Below are positions 8,710 through 18,739 of a stretch of 64,000 nucleotides of DNA, piece by piece. Source of the stretch: Tabrizicola sp. (GTDB lineage Bacteria > Pseudomonadota > Alphaproteobacteria > Rhodobacterales > Rhodobacteraceae); contig NZ_JAEULP010000049.1 of assembly GCF_016792905.1 (NCBI RefSeq), positions 11,338 to 75,337 of the forward strand. Direction: 5' to 3'. The position numbers and the translations under genes were made by a program. The notes below the pieces were generated by a model that made no database searches, was not told the DNA's origin, and was given only the letters and a program-made list of their open reading frames with translations. Positions within the stretch are counted from its first letter, which is position 1. The number at the start of each line of letters is the position of its first letter.

Positions 8710-10414
8710 TCTCGGCAGCCTTGACCGGAGGCTTGGCGGTGCCCTCGTCGGCCATCACCGCATCAAGCCCGACATCCAGCTTGCGCAGGATACGGGCCTT
8801 GTCGGTCTCGGTCGGTTCAAAGGACAAGGCACGGCGCCACTGGAAGCGGGCCTCCAGCTTGCGGTCGTTCATCCAGTAGACGTCGCCCAGATGGTCGGTC
8901 ACGATGGGATCGACCGGTTCCAGCAGCGAGGCTTTTTCCATCGGCTCCAGCGCTTCGGCATAGTGGCCGAGCTTGAACCGGGCCCAGGCGAGGCTGTCGA
9001 TGATGTAGCCCTGTTCGGGGTCTGCGGCGACGGCCTTCTCGATCATCCCGAGGGCCTCGTCCAGGTTCTCGCCCCGGTCAACCATGCCGTAGCCGAGATA
9101 GTTCAGCACTTGCGGCTGGGTCGGGTTCAGGTCCAGCGCCTTGCGGAAGTCGGCCTCGGCCGGCGCCCAGTCATTCGACTGTTCATGGCAGATGCCGCGA
9201 TAGAAATAGAGCACCCAGTTCTCGGACTTGGCGGCCTTGGCCAGGTCGATGGCCGCGGAATAGGCGACCTCGGCCTCGTCGAATCGGTCTTCCGATCGCA
9301 GGAGATCGGCAAGCGCGAATTGCACGCCCAGGAGATCGCCATGCGACCGGGCGAGGGTCTGCAAGGCCTCGATGGCCGCATCAGACTTGCCTTGCGACCG
9401 CAGCGCCCCGGCCCGGCCGACTTCGGCGGTGACGAAGGACGGGTCTTCCGGCGGGAAGGCGGCAAAGGTTTCTGCCGCCAGGTCGTGCTGGCCAAGTTGT
9501 TCCAGCACATCGGCGGTCATCAGGAGGGCGTCGGAATGGTCGGGCCGCAGGTAGCCCGCGACGCGCAGGTGGAGGAGCGTGTAGACCGGATCGGCCTCGC
9601 CGTTCAAAGCGGTCGAAATGGTGAAGAAGACCTCGGCGATCCCGTCGCGGGCCGAGGTCACGGTGTCGAAGGGGATCGGCTCTCCGGCTTGCAAGCGGCG
9701 ACGCACGGGATCGACGACGGGGTCGGGCGCGGTGCCGAACGTCTTGTCGAGCAGTGCCACGGCATCGGCGTTGCGCTCCAGCTGGCTGAGGATCTGCGCA
9801 TGGGCGAAGACCCCGCGCCGCATCACGGTGATCGTGCCTGCGGCCTTGCCGGACAGGATTTCATCAGCCCCCTCGAAATCGCCGACCGAGGCCAGCGCCA
9901 GCGCCTTGTGATAGTATCCGAAGGCCTCGTAGCCCTTCTTCTTCGTCACGGCGTCGAAGTCTTCCAGCGCTTCGGACATCTTGCCCTCGCCGACCTTTGC
10001 CCAGGCGACGACCAGCGAATTGGCAAGATCGCCCATGTCGCGGCCGTCTCCGGCGGCGGCGATGATCGCGGCGTAATCCTCGCGCTTCGCCTCGTCGGCG
10101 ATCAGGGCCACTTCGGCCAGTTGGCTGGGGTCCCCGCCGAGCGACTTGCGCAGCTTGGCAGCGTCGATGGCAAGGCCAAAGTCACCGACGCCGATTTCCG
10201 CCAGGATCGCGCCGTCCAGAAGCTGGGGATTGCCGCTGTCGGCGATGATCGCCTTGCCGTACCAGGCCGACGCGGCGCGGAAGTCATTCTCGGATTCGGC
10301 GATCCGGGCCGCGAGGTAAGCCCCGCTGTCGGCCTTGTCCTCGGCGCGCAGGGGCGGTGCGAGCACGGCCGCCAGCAGCAGCGCAGTCAGGGTGCGGGAC
10401 ATGGCGGAACGCAT
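8699..10414 (-). CDS. Periplasmic tetratricopeptide-repeat protein
   Basis: Start trimmed to the ATG at 10414, which has an AGGAGA RBS. Begins with the signal peptide [24 protein letters not shown], followed by many TPR-like A/Y/L repeats. It overlaps the ispE start by 11 nt. Confidence 0.8.
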   Translation of the reverse strand: MRSAMSRTLTALLLAAVLAPPLRAEDKADSGAYLAARIAESENDFRAASAWYGKAIIADSGNPQLLDGAILAEIGVGDFGLAIDAAKLRKSLGGDPSQLAEVALIADEAKREDYAAIIAAAGDGRDMGDLANSLVVAWAKVGEGKMSEALEDFDAVTKKKGYEAFGYYHKALALASVGDFEGADEILSGKAAGTITVMRRGVFAHAQILSQLERNADAVALLDKTFGTAPDPVVDPVRRRLQAGEPIPFDTVTSARDGIAEVFFTISTALNGEADPVYTLLHLRVAGYLRPDHSDALLMTADVLEQLGQHDLAAETFAAFPPEDPSFVTAEVGRAGALRSQGKSDAAIEALQTLARSHGDLLGVQFALADLLRSEDRFDEAEVAYSAAIDLAKAAKSENWVLYFYRGICHEQSNDWAPAEADFRKALDLNPTQPQVLNYLGYGMVDRGENLDEALGMIEKAVAADPEQGYIIDSLAWARFKLGHYAEALEPMEKASLLEPVDPIVTDHLGDVYWMNDRKLEARFQWRRALSFEPTETDKARILRKLDVGLDAVMADEGTAKPPVKAAENGN

Positions 10415-10541
10415 CGGCCTCTCCTTCAGGGTCGGGCGACGGTAGCCCGGCGCAGGCGCGCGTGCAATGCAGCGGGGCCCGACCTTGCGGCAGGGCCCCC
10501 GAGTTTCGGACAAGCTTTCGTGAGTCGCGCGGGTTCCGGCG

Positions 10542-12188
10542 TCACATGTTGGGGTAGTTGGGTCCGCCGCCGCCCATGGGGGTGGTCCAGGTGATGTTCT
10601 GGCTCGGGTCCTTGATGTCGCAGGTCTTGCAGTGGACGCAGTTCTGGAAGTTGATCCGGAACGTGGCGTCCTGGCCTTCGCCCAGCACTTCGTAGACGCC
10701 CGCCGGGCAATAGCGCTGTGCCGGTTCGGCATATTTCGGCAGGTTGACTGCGATCGGAATCGCCGGGTCCTTCAGCACCAGGTGGGCGGGCTGGTTCTCG
10801 TCATGGTTGGTGAAGGAGAAGGCGACGTTCGTCAGCCGGTCGAAGGACAGCTTGCCGTCGGGCCTGGGGTAGTCGATCGGCTTGAAATCCTTGGCAAGGC
10901 CGGTGGCGGCGGCGTCGGACTTCTTGTGCTTCAGCGTGCCGAAGGCGGTCAGGCCCACGGTGTTCAGCCACATGTCGAGCCCGCCGCCCATCAGGCTGGC
11001 GACCAGGCCGTAGCGCGACCACAGGGGTTTGACGTTGCGGACCTTCTTGAGGTCCTTGCCGATGGGTCCGCTGCGGACTTCGGTCTCGTAGGTGGTCAGT
11101 TCATCGCCCTGACGGCCTGCGGCGATGGCCGCATGCGCGGCCTCGGCGGCGGCCTTGCCGGAGAGCATGGCGTTGTGGTTGCCCTTGATGCGGGGCACGT
11201 TCACCAGACCGGCGGTGCAGCCCAGAAGGGCGACGCCGGGGGCGACCATCTTCGGGATCGACTGCCAGCCGCCCTCGGAGATCGCCCGGGCACCATAGGC
11301 CACGCGCTTGCCACCCTTCAGAAGGTCCGCGACCATCGGGTGATGCTTGAAGCGCTGGAATTCCATGTAGGGGTAGAGATGCGGGTTCGCGTAGTTCAGG
11401 TGGACGACGAAGCCGACATAAACCTGATTGTTTTCAAGGTGATAGATGAAAGACCCGCCACCCGCGTTCTTGCCGAGCGGCCAGCCCATCGTGTGGGTGA
11501 CGGTGCCCTCGCGGTGCTTCGCCGGGTCGATCTCCCAGATTTCCTTCATGCCGAGGCCGAATTTCTGCGGGCAGTGGCCGTTGGACAGCTGGTATTTGGC
11601 GATGACTTCCTTGGCGAGGCTGCCGCGCACGCCTTCCGACAGGAAGACATACTTGCCGCGCAGTTCCATGCCGGGCTCGTAGGAGGGGCCAGGTTCGCGC
11701 GTCTCGGGGTCGCGGCCGAATTCGCCGGCGACGACGCCGACGACGGTCTCGCCTTCATAGACGAGTTCCGAACAGGCCATGCCGGGGAAGATCTCCACGC
11801 CCAGGCCTTCCGCCACGCCCGCCATCCAGCGGCAGACGTTGGCCATCGAGACGATGTAGTTGCCGTGGTTCGACATCAGGGGCGGCATCGGCCAGTTCGG
11901 GATGCGGATTTTCCCCGCTTCGCCCAGCATGTAGAAATTGTCCTCGCGGACCGGCACCTTGATCGGCGCATCCATGCTGCGCCAGTCGGGCAGAAGCGCG
12001 TCCAGCCCCGACGGGTCCAGCACCGCGCCGGAGAGAATATGCGCGCCGACCTCGGAGCCCTTTTCCAGCACCACGACCGACCGTTCCGGGTCAAGCTGCT
12101 TCAGGCGGATCGCCGCCGACAGACCCGCCGGGCCCGCCCCGACGATCACCACGTCATAGTCCATCTTCTCGCGCTGGATCGCAGTCAT
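10542..12188 (-). CDS. Electron-transfer flavoprotein:ubiquinone oxidoreductase
   Basis: Has an FAD fingerprint (DVVIVGAGPAGLSAAIRL) and a C-terminal 4Fe-4S motif (NCVHCKTCDIKDP). 548 aa. Confidence 0.9.
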   Translation of the reverse strand: MTAIQREKMDYDVVIVGAGPAGLSAAIRLKQLDPERSVVVLEKGSEVGAHILSGAVLDPSGLDALLPDWRSMDAPIKVPVREDNFYMLGEAGKIRIPNWPMPPLMSNHGNYIVSMANVCRWMAGVAEGLGVEIFPGMACSELVYEGETVVGVVAGEFGRDPETREPGPSYEPGMELRGKYVFLSEGVRGSLAKEVIAKYQLSNGHCPQKFGLGMKEIWEIDPAKHREGTVTHTMGWPLGKNAGGGSFIYHLENNQVYVGFVVHLNYANPHLYPYMEFQRFKHHPMVADLLKGGKRVAYGARAISEGGWQSIPKMVAPGVALLGCTAGLVNVPRIKGNHNAMLSGKAAAEAAHAAIAAGRQGDELTTYETEVRSGPIGKDLKKVRNVKPLWSRYGLVASLMGGGLDMWLNTVGLTAFGTLKHKKSDAAATGLAKDFKPIDYPRPDGKLSFDRLTNVAFSFTNHDENQPAHLVLKDPAIPIAVNLPKYAEPAQRYCPAGVYEVLGEGQDATFRINFQNCVHCKTCDIKDPSQNITWTTPMGGGGPNYPNM

Positions 12189-12467
12189 CGCTTGTCCTTC
12201 CCCCGGGCAGCCCCGTCCCGCCCCGAAACACTGGCTTTTCGCGGCTTCCCTGTAGCCTTAGCGGCGACGCAAGGTCAACCGTGACGCAACATCAATCCAT
12301 GGGCGCAGCGGGCGGTGAAACATTCTGTCTTCCCCGCGACCGGCCATCGCCGATGCGCGCCATGCCCCTTGCAATTCGGGGCACCATCGGGTGAGGTGAG
12401 GGCGAACAAGTCCGAAGTCATGGGTCGTGCCCCGATCCGTGACTTCTTCTTTTACTGTGGAATGCCG

Positions 12468-12938
12468 ATGGAAAAGATTCCGATGACGCGGCGCGGTTTC
12501 GACGCGCTGGATGCCGAACTCAAGCAGCTGAAGACCGTGGACCGTCCGGCGATCATCCGCGACATTGCCGAGGCGCGCGAACATGGCGACCTGTCAGAAA
12601 ACGCCGAGTACCACGCCGCACGCGAGAAGCAGGGGTTCATCGAAGGCCGCATCAAGGAGCTTGAATGCACCCTGTCGCTGGCCGAGGTCATCGACCCGTC
12701 GCGGCTGTCCGGCGCGATCAAGTTCGGTGCCACGGTGACGCTGGTCGACGAGGACAGCGATGAGGAGAAGACCTACCAGATCGTCGGCGAAGTCGAGGCC
12801 GATATCGAGAACGGGCTTCTGAACATGCGCTCGCCGCTCGCCCGTGCCCTGATCGGCAAGGAGGACGGCGACTCGGTCGAGGTGAAGACCCCGGGCGGGA
12901 CCCGGTCCTATGAAGTGCTGTCGATCCGCTATATCTGA
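12468..12938 (+). CDS. greA: Transcript cleavage factor GreA
   Basis: [22 protein letters not shown]...[16 protein letters not shown], 156 aa. The track ORF from 12315 is an upstream over-extension. Confidence 0.9.
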   Translation: MEKIPMTRRGFDALDAELKQLKTVDRPAIIRDIAEAREHGDLSENAEYHAAREKQGFIEGRIKELECTLSLAEVIDPSRLSGAIKFGATVTLVDEDSDEEKTYQIVGEVEADIENGLLNMRSPLARALIGKEDGDSVEVKTPGGTRSYEVLSIRYI

Positions 12939-12953
12939 CCGGGGGGCGCCGGG

Positions 12954-13988
12954 GTGAAACCGCCGGTCAAGGATCTGCCGAAGGGAGACGCCGGTCTGGC
13001 CGAGGGGCCGCTGGCGCAGCTGAACGATCCCCCGAAACGGGGGATGGAGGTCGCGGGCGTTGCCCTGAGCCTCGTCTGGGTGTTGTTGATTCTGGTCTAT
13101 GTGCTGGTAACGCCGCCCGGCAGCGAGACGCGGACCCTGGGCCTGGTGATGACCCTTCTGATGGTCTTCCTGCCCATCGCGCTGATCTGGGCGGTGGTGA
13201 TCACCCTGCGGTCGATCCGTGAGTTGCGGGCCGAGGCCAAGCGGTTGCAGGCCACGGTCGATGCGATGCGGTCCAGTTATGTGCAGGCGCAAGCCCAGGG
13301 TAGCGGACTGAAGCCCTCCGTCGAACGCAAGATTGATGAGATTGCCGCCTCGACCAAAGAGGCGCAGACGGTGCTGGCGACCTTTTCGTCGCGCCGCGAT
13401 GCGACGTTGTCGGTGCCCTCGGCGGACCGCAAGGCCGCGCTGGTGACGCCGCAAGCCGAGCCAACCGCCGAAGAGCCGACGCTGGCGCTTGGCACTCCGC
13501 CCGAAGATTTCCGCCCGCCCCTGTCGGTCGCCGACTTCATCCGGGCGCTGCAATTCCCCGAGACGCCCGAGGACAAGGAGGGCTTCCGCGCCCTGCGTCT
13601 GGCGCTGGAAGACCGGACCTCATCAAAGCTGATCCGGGCCGCACAGGACGTCCTGACCCTGCTCAGCCAGGACGGAATCTACATGGACGACCTGCAACCC
13701 GACCTCTGCCAACCGACGCTGTGGCGGCGGTTCGCGGGCGGCGAGCGGGGCCGGTCGATCGCAGCCCTGGGCGGTATCCGCGACCGGGCATCTCTCGCGC
13801 TTACCGCCGCACGGATGAAGTCCGACCCGGTGTTCCGCGACGCCGCGCACCATTTCCTGCGCAGCTTCGACAAGACCGTCGCGGCCTTCGAGCCGAACGC
13901 GACCGATGCGGAACTGGCCGACCTGGCCGATACCCGCACGGCGCGGGCCTTCATGCTGTTCGGTCGGGTGACGGGAACATTCGACTGA
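12954..13988 (+). CDS. Hypothetical membrane protein (two TM helices, a coiled-coil and a C-terminal soluble domain)
   Basis: 344 aa with coding-like composition. I recognise no family. The GTG start is uncertain; an alternative ATG lies at 13044. Confidence 0.6.
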   Translation: MKPPVKDLPKGDAGLAEGPLAQLNDPPKRGMEVAGVALSLVWVLLILVYVLVTPPGSETRTLGLVMTLLMVFLPIALIWAVVITLRSIRELRAEAKRLQATVDAMRSSYVQAQAQGSGLKPSVERKIDEIAASTKEAQTVLATFSSRRDATLSVPSADRKAALVTPQAEPTAEEPTLALGTPPEDFRPPLSVADFIRALQFPETPEDKEGFRALRLALEDRTSSKLIRAAQDVLTLLSQDGIYMDDLQPDLCQPTLWRRFAGGERGRSIAALGGIRDRASLALTAARMKSDPVFRDAAHHFLRSFDKTVAAFEPNATDAELADLADTRTARAFMLFGRVTGTFD

Positions 13989-14142
13989 CCTTGCGCGTTC
14001 CGCGACAGAACGTTCATGCTGTCGGGGGCGGGTTGTCTGGAACCGCTTTCCTATTTGACCGGTTGCCGATGCGGGGGGATGAAACCTTTTTCCGATAGGC
14101 ATATGTTCGCCCGCAGACAGGATTCCAACCGAAGAGGTTCCC

Positions 14143-14793
14143 ATGGCCGTCCGCATCAACGACATCGCCCCCGACTTCACCGCCGAAAGCACAGCCGGGA
14201 CGATCCGGTTCCACGAGTGGCTGGGTGACAGCTACGGCATCATCTTCAGCCACCCGCGCGACTTCACCCCGGTTTGCACCACGGAATTCGCTGCCGTCGC
14301 GCAGCTTGCGCCGGAATGGGCCAAGCGCAAGACCAAGGTGATCGGCGTGTCGGTGGACAGCACCTCTGATCATGACAAGTGGAAGCGCGACATCGAGGCC
14401 TTTGGTGGCGCCCCGGCCGATTTCCCGATCATCGACGACACTTCGCTGACGGTGGCCAAGGCCTATGACATGCTGCCCGCCGACCACTACCTGCCGACCG
14501 AAGGCCGCACGCCCGCCAACTCGGCCACGGTGCGGACGGTCTACATCATCGGGCCGGACAAGAAGATCCGCCTGTCGATGACCTATCCGATGTCGATCGG
14601 CCGCAACTTCGCCGAGATCCTGCGGGCGCTGGACGCGGTGCAGAAAACGGATGGCGTGCCGCTGGCGACCCCCGCCAACTGGGTGCCGGGGCAGGACGTG
14701 ATCGTGGCGCTGGCACTGAACAACGATCAGGCGAAGGAACGGTTCGGCGAGCTGGACATCAAGCTGCCCTACCTGCGGTTCGCCAAGGCGTAA
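14143..14793 (+). CDS. Peroxiredoxin (Prx6 / 1-Cys-like)
   Basis: IIFSHPRDFTPVCTTE active-site motif. 216 aa, with a GAAGAGG RBS. Confidence 0.85.
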   Translation: MAVRINDIAPDFTAESTAGTIRFHEWLGDSYGIIFSHPRDFTPVCTTEFAAVAQLAPEWAKRKTKVIGVSVDSTSDHDKWKRDIEAFGGAPADFPIIDDTSLTVAKAYDMLPADHYLPTEGRTPANSATVRTVYIIGPDKKIRLSMTYPMSIGRNFAEILRALDAVQKTDGVPLATPANWVPGQDVIVALALNNDQAKERFGELDIKLPYLRFAKA

Positions 14794-14804
14794 GCCGGAA
14801 ACGA

Positions 14805-14833
14805 AAAGGCCCCGGATGATCTCCGGGGCCTTT
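14805..14833. terminator. Bidirectional intrinsic terminator between the convergent peroxiredoxin and pnp genes
   Basis: aaaaGGCCCCGGAtgatcTCCGGGGCCttt: a 9-bp GC stem flanked by A and T runs. Confidence 0.7.
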
Positions 14834-14852
14834 GTCATTCAGGGGAAGCGGA

Positions 14853-16994
14853 TCAGCCCTCGGCGGGCTCTTCCTTCTTCTCGGTGATCTCTTCGCCGGT
14901 CTCCTGGTCGACCATCTTCATGCCAAGGCGGACCTTGCCGCGGTCGTCGAAGCCCAGAAGCTTGACCTTGACCTCCTGGCCTTCCTTCAGCAGCTCGTTC
15001 GGGTGGTTCAGGCGCTTGTTGGCGATCTGGGAGACGTGCACCAGACCGTCGCGCTTGCCGAAGAAGTTCACGAAGGCGCCGAAGTCGACCAGTTTCACCA
15101 CCTTGCCGGTGTAGATCTGGCCCTCTTCCGGTTCCGCCACGATCGACCAGATCATGTCATGCGCCTTCTTGATGGCCTTCTGGTCGTTCGAGGCGATCTT
15201 GATCATGCCGTCGTCGTTGATGTCGACCTTGGCGCCCGAGGTTTCCACGATCTCGCGGATGACCTTGCCACCCGAGCCGATCACTTCGCGGATCTTGTCG
15301 GTCGGGATCTGCATTGTCTCGATCTTCGGGGCGTATTCGCTGAAGCCCTGCGGGGCCGACAGCGCCTTGGCCATCTCGCCGAGGATATGCAGACGGCCGT
15401 CCTTCGCCTGGGCGAGAGCCTGCTTCATGATCTCGGGCGTGATCCCGGCGATCTTGATGTCCATCTGCAGGCTGGTGATGCCCGAAGCGGTGCCCGCGAC
15501 CTTGAAGTCCATGTCGCCGAGGTGATCCTCGTCGCCGAGGATGTCGGTCAGCACGGCCCATTTGCCGTCATCTTCCAGGATCAGGCCCATGGCGACACCG
15601 GCGACCGGAGCCTTCAGCGGCACGCCTGCGTCCATCATCGACAGGGAGCCGCCGCAGACCGAAGCCATCGAGGACGAACCGTTCGATTCGGTGATCTCGG
15701 ACACGACGCGGATCGTGTAGGGGAAGTCGGTCGGCGCCGGAAGCACCGCCTGCAGCGCGCGCCACGCCAGTTTCCCGTGGCCGATCTCGCGACGGCCGGG
15801 CGAACCCACGCGACCCACTTCGCCAACCGAATAGGGCGGGAAGTTGTAGTGCAGCAGGAAGTTCGAACGGTAGTTGCCGTTCAGCGCGTCGATGATCTGC
15901 TCATCCTCGCCGGTGCCGAGCGTGGTCACGACCAGGCCTTGCGTTTCACCCCGGGTGAACAGGGCCGAGCCGTGAGCGCGCGGCAGGACGCCGGTTTCCG
16001 AGATGATCGGGCGGACAGTCTTGGTGTCGCGGCCGTCGATCCGGGTGCCGTTCTTCACGACATCGCCGCGCAGGATCGAGGATTCCAGCTGCTTGATCGC
16101 CGGGCCGAGGTTGGCGTCGGCCTTGTCTTCGTCGGACATCGCGGCCTTGATCGCATCCACGGCGGCGTCGATGGCGTTGGTGCGGTCCTGCTTGTCGCGG
16201 ATCGCGAAGGCGGCGCGCATCTGCTTTTCACCGGCCTTCTTCACCTTGGCGTACAGCGCCGAATAGTCGGGCGGCGTGAAGTCGAATGGTTCCTTCGCAG
16301 ACGATTCGGCGAAGTCGATGATCAGGTCGATGACCGGCTGCATCTGTTCGTGGCCGAAGACCACGGCGCCGAGCATTTCCTCTTCCGTCAGCTCGTAAGC
16401 CTCGGATTCGACCATCATCACGGCGTCCTTGGTGCCCGCGACGACAAGGTCGAGCCGCTGCTCTGGCTTCAGGCGCAGCTGCGTCATGTCGTCCATCGCC
16501 GGGTTCAGCACATACTGGCCGTCGACGAAGCCGACACGCGCCGCGCCGATCGGGCCCATGAACGGCACGCCCGAGACGGTCAGGGCAGCCGAAGCTGCGA
16601 TCATCGCCACGATGTCGGGGTCGTTGACGAGGTCGCAGCTGAGCACGGTCGCCATGACCAGCACTTCGTTTCGGAAGCCGTCGACGAACAGCGGGCGGAT
16701 CGGCCGGTCGATCAGGCGGGAAACCAGCGTCTCTTTCTCGGACGGACGCGCCTCGCGCTTGAAGAAGCCGCCGGGGATCTTGCCGGCCGCGTAATATTTT
16801 TCCTGATAGTGAACGGTCAGCGGGAAGAAGTCCTGGCCGGGCTTCGCGGCGCGCGCGAAGGTCACGTTGGCCATCACCTGGGTCTCGCCCAGCGTCGCGA
16901 TCACCGACCCATCGGCCTGACGCGCAACTTTCCCCGTTTCCAGCGTGAGCGTTTCATTGCCCCACTGGATCGATTTCTTGGTCACATTGAACAT
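14853..16994 (-). CDS. pnp: Polyribonucleotide nucleotidyltransferase (PNPase)
   Basis: [29 protein letters not shown], two RNase PH domains, and a KH plus S1 C-terminus. Start trimmed to the ATG at 16994. Confidence 0.95.
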   Translation of the reverse strand: MFNVTKKSIQWGNETLTLETGKVARQADGSVIATLGETQVMANVTFARAAKPGQDFFPLTVHYQEKYYAAGKIPGGFFKREARPSEKETLVSRLIDRPIRPLFVDGFRNEVLVMATVLSCDLVNDPDIVAMIAASAALTVSGVPFMGPIGAARVGFVDGQYVLNPAMDDMTQLRLKPEQRLDLVVAGTKDAVMMVESEAYELTEEEMLGAVVFGHEQMQPVIDLIIDFAESSAKEPFDFTPPDYSALYAKVKKAGEKQMRAAFAIRDKQDRTNAIDAAVDAIKAAMSDEDKADANLGPAIKQLESSILRGDVVKNGTRIDGRDTKTVRPIISETGVLPRAHGSALFTRGETQGLVVTTLGTGEDEQIIDALNGNYRSNFLLHYNFPPYSVGEVGRVGSPGRREIGHGKLAWRALQAVLPAPTDFPYTIRVVSEITESNGSSSMASVCGGSLSMMDAGVPLKAPVAGVAMGLILEDDGKWAVLTDILGDEDHLGDMDFKVAGTASGITSLQMDIKIAGITPEIMKQALAQAKDGRLHILGEMAKALSAPQGFSEYAPKIETMQIPTDKIREVIGSGGKVIREIVETSGAKVDINDDGMIKIASNDQKAIKKAHDMIWSIVAEPEEGQIYTGKVVKLVDFGAFVNFFGKRDGLVHVSQIANKRLNHPNELLKEGQEVKVKLLGFDDRGKVRLGMKMVDQETGEEITEKKEEPAEG

Positions 16995-17159
16995 ATGTCG
17001 TTTCCTCTGGAGGTCCGGCCCCTGCCGGTGCCCCCGATGTCTGGCGGCCCCATTGCCGCCGATCCCCCAAATCCTTCGCACGGGCCCCGGGGGAGGGCCT
17101 CACGTCTCAGATGGCGGGGGCCATACAGGAAAACGGGAGGGTTGGGAAGCGGGAAGGCG

Positions 17160-17900
17160 TCAGGGTGCGGAAGTCGGGGTCGGCGTTGATGTTGCCGAAA
17201 AGGCCAGCATCTGGATGCCATCCACATCTGCGTAGCTTGAGCGTGGCAGCCAGTTCGGCATCGTCCGAACAAGCAGGGCATCGCCGGTCAGATAGAGACG
17301 ACCGGCTTCAATCTCACGCGCAATAGTAGAGCGGCCGAGAAACAGGGCGTGCCATGACGGCTTGGTCGTCTCGACATAAAGATCAATGTCGACATCCGGA
17401 ATGCTGACACAAACTTCAATCTCGGCCCCCGGATCAGCAACCAGCCAATAGTTCGGATACGGACCCGACTCGTCGGAGAAGTGGCAGCGGATGACGACGC
17501 GACGGGCAGGAAGCGCCTCGCGCTTAATGTGCTTCTGGAAAGCCCACATCATTTGCGACAGGTCGCTTTCGGCAAGGGCGATATCCGCGTCGATGTTGCG
17601 CTGCGCCCAGATCGAGAGCGCATCCATGATGGGCTCCAGATCAATCGCTTTCTGGGTGCGAACATAATCGACCGTGCCCTTGCCCGCGTCCTCAATCCGT
17701 TCGATCAACCCGGCATCCTTCAATTCCTCCAGCCGTTTCGACAGCACCCCGGGAGAGATGTTGCCGACTGCGCGTCGGATATCGCTGAAGTGGGTATAGC
17801 CGTTCCAGATCTGGTTGAGGATCAGGAGGGTCCAGCGCGGCTCGATCAGCGCACAACCCTTGGAGAGGGCACAGATTGATCCATAGGGCTTGGACGGCAT
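17160..17900 (-). CDS. HxlR-type winged-helix regulator with an extra C-terminal domain of about 140 aa
   Basis: CALSKGCALIEPRWTLLILNQIWNGYTHFSDIRRAVGNISPGVLSKRLEELKDAGLIER is an HxlR HTH. Start trimmed to the ATG at 17900; the upstream part of the track ORF is Arg/Ser-rich junk. Confidence 0.7.
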   Translation of the reverse strand: MPSKPYGSICALSKGCALIEPRWTLLILNQIWNGYTHFSDIRRAVGNISPGVLSKRLEELKDAGLIERIEDAGKGTVDYVRTQKAIDLEPIMDALSIWAQRNIDADIALAESDLSQMMWAFQKHIKREALPARRVVIRCHFSDESGPYPNYWLVADPGAEIEVCVSIPDVDIDLYVETTKPSWHALFLGRSTIAREIEAGRLYLTGDALLVRTMPNWLPRSSYADVDGIQMLAFSATSTPTPTSAP

Positions 17901-17962
17901 GGCGGCGCCTCCTGATCCCCGATCATAGCGGCGGGCCGCCCTGGCAGGCCAGTTCGAAATTC

Positions 17963-17977
17963 GTAGCGCCTTGCTAC
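17963..17977. promoter_or_regulatory. Inverted repeat GTAGC-N5-GCTAC between the divergent HxlR-type and DUF1127 genes; candidate operator
   Basis: gtagcgccttgctac is read directly. The function is inferred from its position. Confidence 0.3.
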
Positions 17978-18051
17978 AGTCCCTGCACTGGCCGCGGAAA
18001 GGCATGCAGGAGCAGGATTGTCCCAAGGTTTCCGGACGAAGGAGATGCAAA

Positions 18052-18300
18052 ATGGAAAAGATCGCAACAGGACGAAGCCCGGCACGGCTGCTCTCACCGG
18101 CGATGGATGTATTGCTGCGGTTGGGTGAATGGAGCCGTCGGCGGCACGTCAAGGCATCATGCGGGCCGCTGTCCGATGCGCTGCTGCGCGACATGGGCCT
18201 GATACGCGTGGACGTGGAGGCCGCGCTGGACATGCCGCTGGACCAGAACGCCTCGGACAAGATGATGCGCGAGGCCATGGCGCGGGCTGGGAACTGGTAA
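18052..18300 (+). CDS. DUF1127-family small protein
   Basis: 82 aa with an AGGAGA RBS. The core LSDALLRDMGLIRVDVE matches the DUF1127 signature (LSDxxLxDIGLxRxD). Confidence 0.7.
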   Translation: MEKIATGRSPARLLSPAMDVLLRLGEWSRRRHVKASCGPLSDALLRDMGLIRVDVEAALDMPLDQNASDKMMREAMARAGNW

Positions 18301-18305
18301 GAAAA

Positions 18306-18334
18306 GCGCCCAGTCCCTGGTGGGGACCGGGCGC
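18306..18334. terminator. Hairpin between the convergent DUF1127 and trxA genes
   Basis: GCGCCCAGTCCCtggtgGGGACCGGGCGC: a 12-bp stem with one mismatch. Confidence 0.55.
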
Positions 18335-18355
18335 TAGCTCAGACTATCGGACAGA

Positions 18356-18682
18356 TCAGATCGCCGACTTGATCCAGTTTTCCAGCGCGGCCTTGGGGGC
18401 GGCGCCGACCTTGTTCGAGATGACCTGGCCATCCTTGAACATGAACAGCGCCGGGATGCCGCGCACGCCGAGGACGGCGGGGCTGTCGGGGTTCTCGTCG
18501 ACGTTGACCTTCACGATCTTCACCTTGCCCGCGTATTGGGTCGCAAGCTCTTCCAGCGCCGGGCCGATCTGGCGGCAGGGGCCGCACCATTCGGCCCAGA
18601 AGTCCACGACGACCGGAATCGCCGATTTGCGGACTTCGGTGTCAAAGGTGGCGTCGGTGACTGCGACGGTGGCAGCGCCCAT
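18356..18682 (-). CDS. trxA: Thioredoxin
   Basis: WCGPC active site. 108 aa, with a GGAGA RBS. Confidence 0.95.
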   Translation of the reverse strand: MGAATVAVTDATFDTEVRKSAIPVVVDFWAEWCGPCRQIGPALEELATQYAGKVKIVKVNVDENPDSPAVLGVRGIPALFMFKDGQVISNKVGAAPKAALENWIKSAI

Positions 18683-18739
18683 GATCGTTCTCCTACGGGA
18701 TTTGTCGGGTAATGAAGGTATGGAGGCAGGGGCGGAACG

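Noticed and set aside
8648-12284. Long plus-strand ORFs 8648..10594 (648 aa) and 10632..12284 (550 aa)
   Set aside because: They are exactly antisense to the TPR protein and ETF-QO genes, which carry clear motifs. The plus-strand translations are low-complexity (R, G, H, D runs).
18301-18355. CcsR/cuckoo-type sRNA repeats downstream of the DUF1127 gene (as in R. sphaeroides ccaF1), together with the C-rich hairpin at about 55170-55200
   Set aside because: Only 55 nt separate the DUF1127 stop from trxA, and a terminator hairpin occupies that space. In the 55.17 kb hairpin the CCUCCC-like run lies in the stem rather than in a loop as in cuckoo RNAs.
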